In this document: positions 61,199-64,000 of the stretch, piece after piece | How the letters are laid out: the number at the start of each line of letters is the position of its first letter | Numbering within the stretch: the stretch's first letter is position 1 | Source of the DNA: Candidatus Iainarchaeum sp. | Lineage (GTDB): Archaea; B1Sed10-29; WALL01 | Length of the DNA stretch: 64,000 bases | Assembly: GCA_021162685.1 (NCBI GenBank) | Contig: JAGGYF010000028.1 | Coordinates: 9,088-73,087 of the forward strand | Reading direction: 5' to 3' | Notes under the pieces: generated by a model | What the model saw: only the letters and a program-made list of their open reading frames with translations | Told to the model about the DNA's origin: nothing | Database searches by the model: none | Position numbers and translations under genes: made by a program

Positions 61199-61350
61199 GG
61201 TGTTGAAAGCGGGTCTGACGCGCGAGAGGCAAAACGTTTACGTAGCGTCCGTCCCATTGGGGGGAACGCAGCGCCCGACGGAACCGAAAGGGAGTTGCTT
61301 GCGTTGGACGCACCTTAAGCTCCGACGCGATGAGGCCCGCCAACATAACT
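61199..61350 (+). ncRNA. Unidentified GC-rich structured RNA enclosed by a BHB motif
   Basis: GC-rich island in AT-rich intergenic DNA; terminal helix GCGGGTCT/AGGCCCGC; GGT-GTTG-AAA ... CAAC-ATA-ACT BHB; TATA-like TTTTATGT ~61170. Confidence 0.7.
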
Positions 61351-61360
61351 TCTTATCTGT

Positions 61361-62137
61361 GTGAGTATAATGATAGGTATTGTCTTTTCTGAGAAGGATA
61401 TGGCAGCAAATACCATGTTTCCGTTCTTTATTGAACATGGTTTCCAGGAATACAGAAGTAACATCTGGAAGATGGATGATATATTCCTAATAAGAATAGG
61501 GCAGGACATCATCTTTCCAAAGGAACTTGATGTATTCGCAGAACAACTCAACCTAGAGTATATTGTCATGGCATCAAGACATAAATCTAAGTCAGAAAAA
61601 CCAACGTTAACTGTGCATGCCACAGGAAACTTTGGAGATGCTGACTTTGGTGGAAGACCAAAAGAACTTCAGTTAACAATCGCAAATCCCATGCGTAATG
61701 TATATCTTGAGATGAGAAACTGCACTCTTGATTACACGGTTTCAAGAGAGGCAACACATCATGGTCCAACAGAATTCAATGTGCCACTATTCTTTGCTGA
61801 ACTTGGAAGTTCTGAAAAGCAATGGAAAGACGAAGAAGCAGCATCCTTCCTTGTTGATTGCATCATAAAAGGGATAAGGAAAAATAAAAAGGCAGAAGTA
61901 GCCATAGCATTTGGAGGAGGACATTACTGCCCAAAGTTCTCCGAGATGAATGAAATCGCATTTGGCCATATTGCTGCAAAATATGCTGTTGACCTACTTG
62001 ATGAAGCCCTTGTAAAGCAGATGGTTGACAAAACATATGAACATGTTGATTTTGCCATTTTGGATGAAAAAGGGTTGAAAGGAAGGCAAAAGACGCATAT
62101 AAAGTCTCTATTGTCTGAGATTGGTATAGAATATTAG
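61361..62137 (+). CDS. dtdA: D-aminoacyl-tRNA deacylase (archaeal DTD2)
   Basis: ASRH.S; LTVHATGN; EATHHGPT; ELGS; GGGHY; GHI. Confidence 0.92.
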   Translation: MSIMIGIVFSEKDMAANTMFPFFIEHGFQEYRSNIWKMDDIFLIRIGQDIIFPKELDVFAEQLNLEYIVMASRHKSKSEKPTLTVHATGNFGDADFGGRPKELQLTIANPMRNVYLEMRNCTLDYTVSREATHHGPTEFNVPLFFAELGSSEKQWKDEEAASFLVDCIIKGIRKNKKAEVAIAFGGGHYCPKFSEMNEIAFGHIAAKYAVDLLDEALVKQMVDKTYEHVDFAILDEKGLKGRQKTHIKSLLSEIGIEY

Positions 62138-62145
62138 GTGTTTAT

Positions 62146-62649
62146 ATGGACATTGAAAAGATAATAAGGGTTACAGACCTGAAAGATGTGGAGAGGAGAG
62201 GATGGAAGCGATTTGATATAAAGCATGTGGAATCTGTTGCAGACCACACGTTTGGTGTTGCTATGCTCGCACTGATTTTATGCCCAGATAATCTTAACAG
62301 GGACAAACTAGTAAGAATGGCATTAATACACGACCTAGCAGAAATTGAAACAGATGATATAACACCATTTGATAAGGAATCAGAACACAAACATGTACTT
62401 GAGCAAGCAGCAATGAAAAAGCTATTTGAAAATGATATTATTTTTGATTTATGGGAAGAATATAGTCAAGGAACATCTGAAGAAGCAATGTTCCTGAAAG
62501 AACTTGATAAACTTGATATGGCCATACAAGCATTAAAATACGAAAAGAGATATAATGTGGACCTAACAGAATTCTTTGAGGACGCAAAACAGAATATAAA
62601 AACTCCACATCTTGTTGAAGCATTAGACCTCATCACCAAGAGGAGATGA
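62146..62649 (+). CDS. HD-domain hydrolase (YfbR/HDDC2-like)
   Basis: LK...R.GW; ESVADH; HDLAE; DKLDM. Confidence 0.9.
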   Translation: MDIEKIIRVTDLKDVERRGWKRFDIKHVESVADHTFGVAMLALILCPDNLNRDKLVRMALIHDLAEIETDDITPFDKESEHKHVLEQAAMKKLFENDIIFDLWEEYSQGTSEEAMFLKELDKLDMAIQALKYEKRYNVDLTEFFEDAKQNIKTPHLVEALDLITKRR

Positions 62650-62653
62650 ACAT

Positions 62654-63643
62654 ATGGTAAAAAAGCAAGATATAGAAAGTGAGCTGAAAAAAATAAGGGA
62701 GGAGATGGAAGAGCTTGAAGGAGTTATAGAGAGAACGGGAAAGACTGTTGATAAGGTTATTGAGAACACAAAAGAAATGCACCCGGGTTTAAGTGAGGAA
62801 GAGATAAGAAAAAGGTTACTCAGAGGGTTTCCAATAGGAAATAAAAAGGTATACGTTGGAGTTTATGTAGATGCTGATCATGAAAAAGTGCCACAATACG
62901 AAATAGAGACCATGAGTAGGGAGATAGCGGAGTTTATCCTCCATGAAACTGAAAAGCATGTGAGCGCATTGGAAAGGATGAGAGAACTGGAAAAAAGGGA
63001 AGCAGAATTAACAAAAAAACTTGAAGAGTTTGAGGAAAGAAAGGAAGGAGTTAGCAGAAGGATGGGAGAAATTGACAAAGAAATCAGGAACATTGAATTA
63101 GAGAGGGAAAAACTATCAAAAGAATTTGAGAAATTGTTAAAACACAACATGCAGAGCTACAAAGCACTAAACGAGATACAAGAAGGTTTGTTGAAGAAGA
63201 TAAAGAAGATGGGGCTAGATGAGAAAACAATGAAAGCATTAGAGTATGAATTCAATGCGGTAACGAAGCATCCGTTATGGAAACACATACGTGATGTAAG
63301 ACTGGACATTGATAGAGGCATTATACCAGACGAGAGAATCATAGATGAAATAATTGAGATAGGAAAGGATGTACCAGAAGAGGGAGTAACATATAAACAT
63401 GAAGGTATTATAAAGAAATTCGGAGAAGGAGGTTTCCCTACACTAAGGGAACATGGAGAAACATTTAAAGAAGTGCTGAAAACCATACGTAGGGTAAACG
63501 AGCTGAAGCAAAGGGCAGAAGAATACTCTAAAAAGACATTGGCATTGCACACTAGATTAATAAATGAGAATAAAAGGAGGATGGATACAATTAAAGAATT
63601 GAAAAAGAAAAGGGAGAAACTTGCCAGGAGACTGGCCAGATAA
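62654..63643 (+). CDS. Coiled-coil hypothetical protein
   Basis: 329-aa E/K-rich heptad pattern. Confidence 0.7.
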   Translation: MVKKQDIESELKKIREEMEELEGVIERTGKTVDKVIENTKEMHPGLSEEEIRKRLLRGFPIGNKKVYVGVYVDADHEKVPQYEIETMSREIAEFILHETEKHVSALERMRELEKREAELTKKLEEFEERKEGVSRRMGEIDKEIRNIELEREKLSKEFEKLLKHNMQSYKALNEIQEGLLKKIKKMGLDEKTMKALEYEFNAVTKHPLWKHIRDVRLDIDRGIIPDERIIDEIIEIGKDVPEEGVTYKHEGIIKKFGEGGFPTLREHGETFKEVLKTIRRVNELKQRAEEYSKKTLALHTRLINENKRRMDTIKELKKKREKLARRLAR

Positions 63644-63747
63644 GCGGGGGTGGCGGAGTGGAGAAAAGAGGTACCAAAATTATTCTGAAATTAAACTCCA
63701 CATATATATCTAAACGTAAAGAAAGACTGGAGATATTCAAAGAGCTT

Positions 63748-63852
63748 GCAGGGGTACCAAAGCGGTCTAATGGGCTGGATTCAGGTAGAGGGTAGCCTCT
63801 GGAAACGTCCAGTGGCTTAGTGCCTTCGGGGGTTCGAATCCCCTCCCCTGCA
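63748..63852 (+). tRNA. tRNA-Leu(CAG) with canonical 37/38 intron (63786-63806)
   Basis: GCAGGGG/CCCCTGC; CTGGA-TTCAGG[intron]G-TCCAG; variable arm identical to Leu(GAG); GTTCGAATC. Confidence 0.93.
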
Positions 63853-64000
63853 CTGACCAAATTACATATGGTCGCTCACAGCTCCTTTCTTTTTAGAAAA
63901 AAGAAAGTAGTTGGCAGTCAAAGAAAAACTAATTTTCTCTTCTCTCCGAGAAGCATATTACTGTGTGCTTTCAGTCCTGCTATTAGGGGGGTGTGGAATC
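63853..64000 (+). repeat. tRNA-linked structured repeat element, copy C (runs off window)
   Basis: CTGACCAAATTACATATGGTCG immediately after discriminator; ends TATTAGGGGGGTGTGGAATC matching 32102-32116. Confidence 0.85.

Noticed and set aside
61209-61340. Canonical 5S rRNA, SRP RNA, RNase P RNA, C/D sRNA or permuted tRNA
   Set aside because: Only fragmentary resemblances; lacks 5S CCGAAC loop and helices IV/V, SRP CAGG/AGCA loop, RNase P GAGGAAAGUCC, and anticodon/T-loop signatures
618-63552. Numerous minus-strand ORFs antisense to housekeeping genes
   Set aside because: Shadow frames rich in F/S/L from the A-rich coding strand; no motifs or RBS

Overview
AT-rich archaeal chromosome segment, almost entirely + strand and gene-dense. 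The compact proteins and accessory families suggest a DPANN-like lineage (inference). It contains the S10/spc ribosomal superoperon (rpl22 3' end to cbf5), a tRNA-Ser-anchored accessory region (toxin-antitoxin modules, large surface protein), a metal/Fe-S cluster, class III RNR, the rps13-rpoD-rpl18e-rps2 operon, an Aeropyrum-type mevalonate/isoprenoid cluster with an unusual IPK-pseudoHAD fusion, gltX, the rpl7ae-infB-eIF2g-rpoE-kae1 block, and lipid/tRNA-quality genes. Five tRNA genes are present; three carry BHB introns, two of them at non-canonical D-loop and T-loop sites. The most unusual signals are non-coding. (1) A family of modular, covarying hairpin elements (core GACCA-AATTACATA-TGGTC) sits at three different tRNA genes, two of them with duplicated tRNA ends. 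(2) Short copies of the tRNA-Ser 3' end delimit gene cassettes. (3) A standalone GC-rich ~140-nt RNA is enclosed in a bulge-helix-bulge motif and is predicted to be excised and circularised. All family assignments are by motif recognition only; no searches were run.
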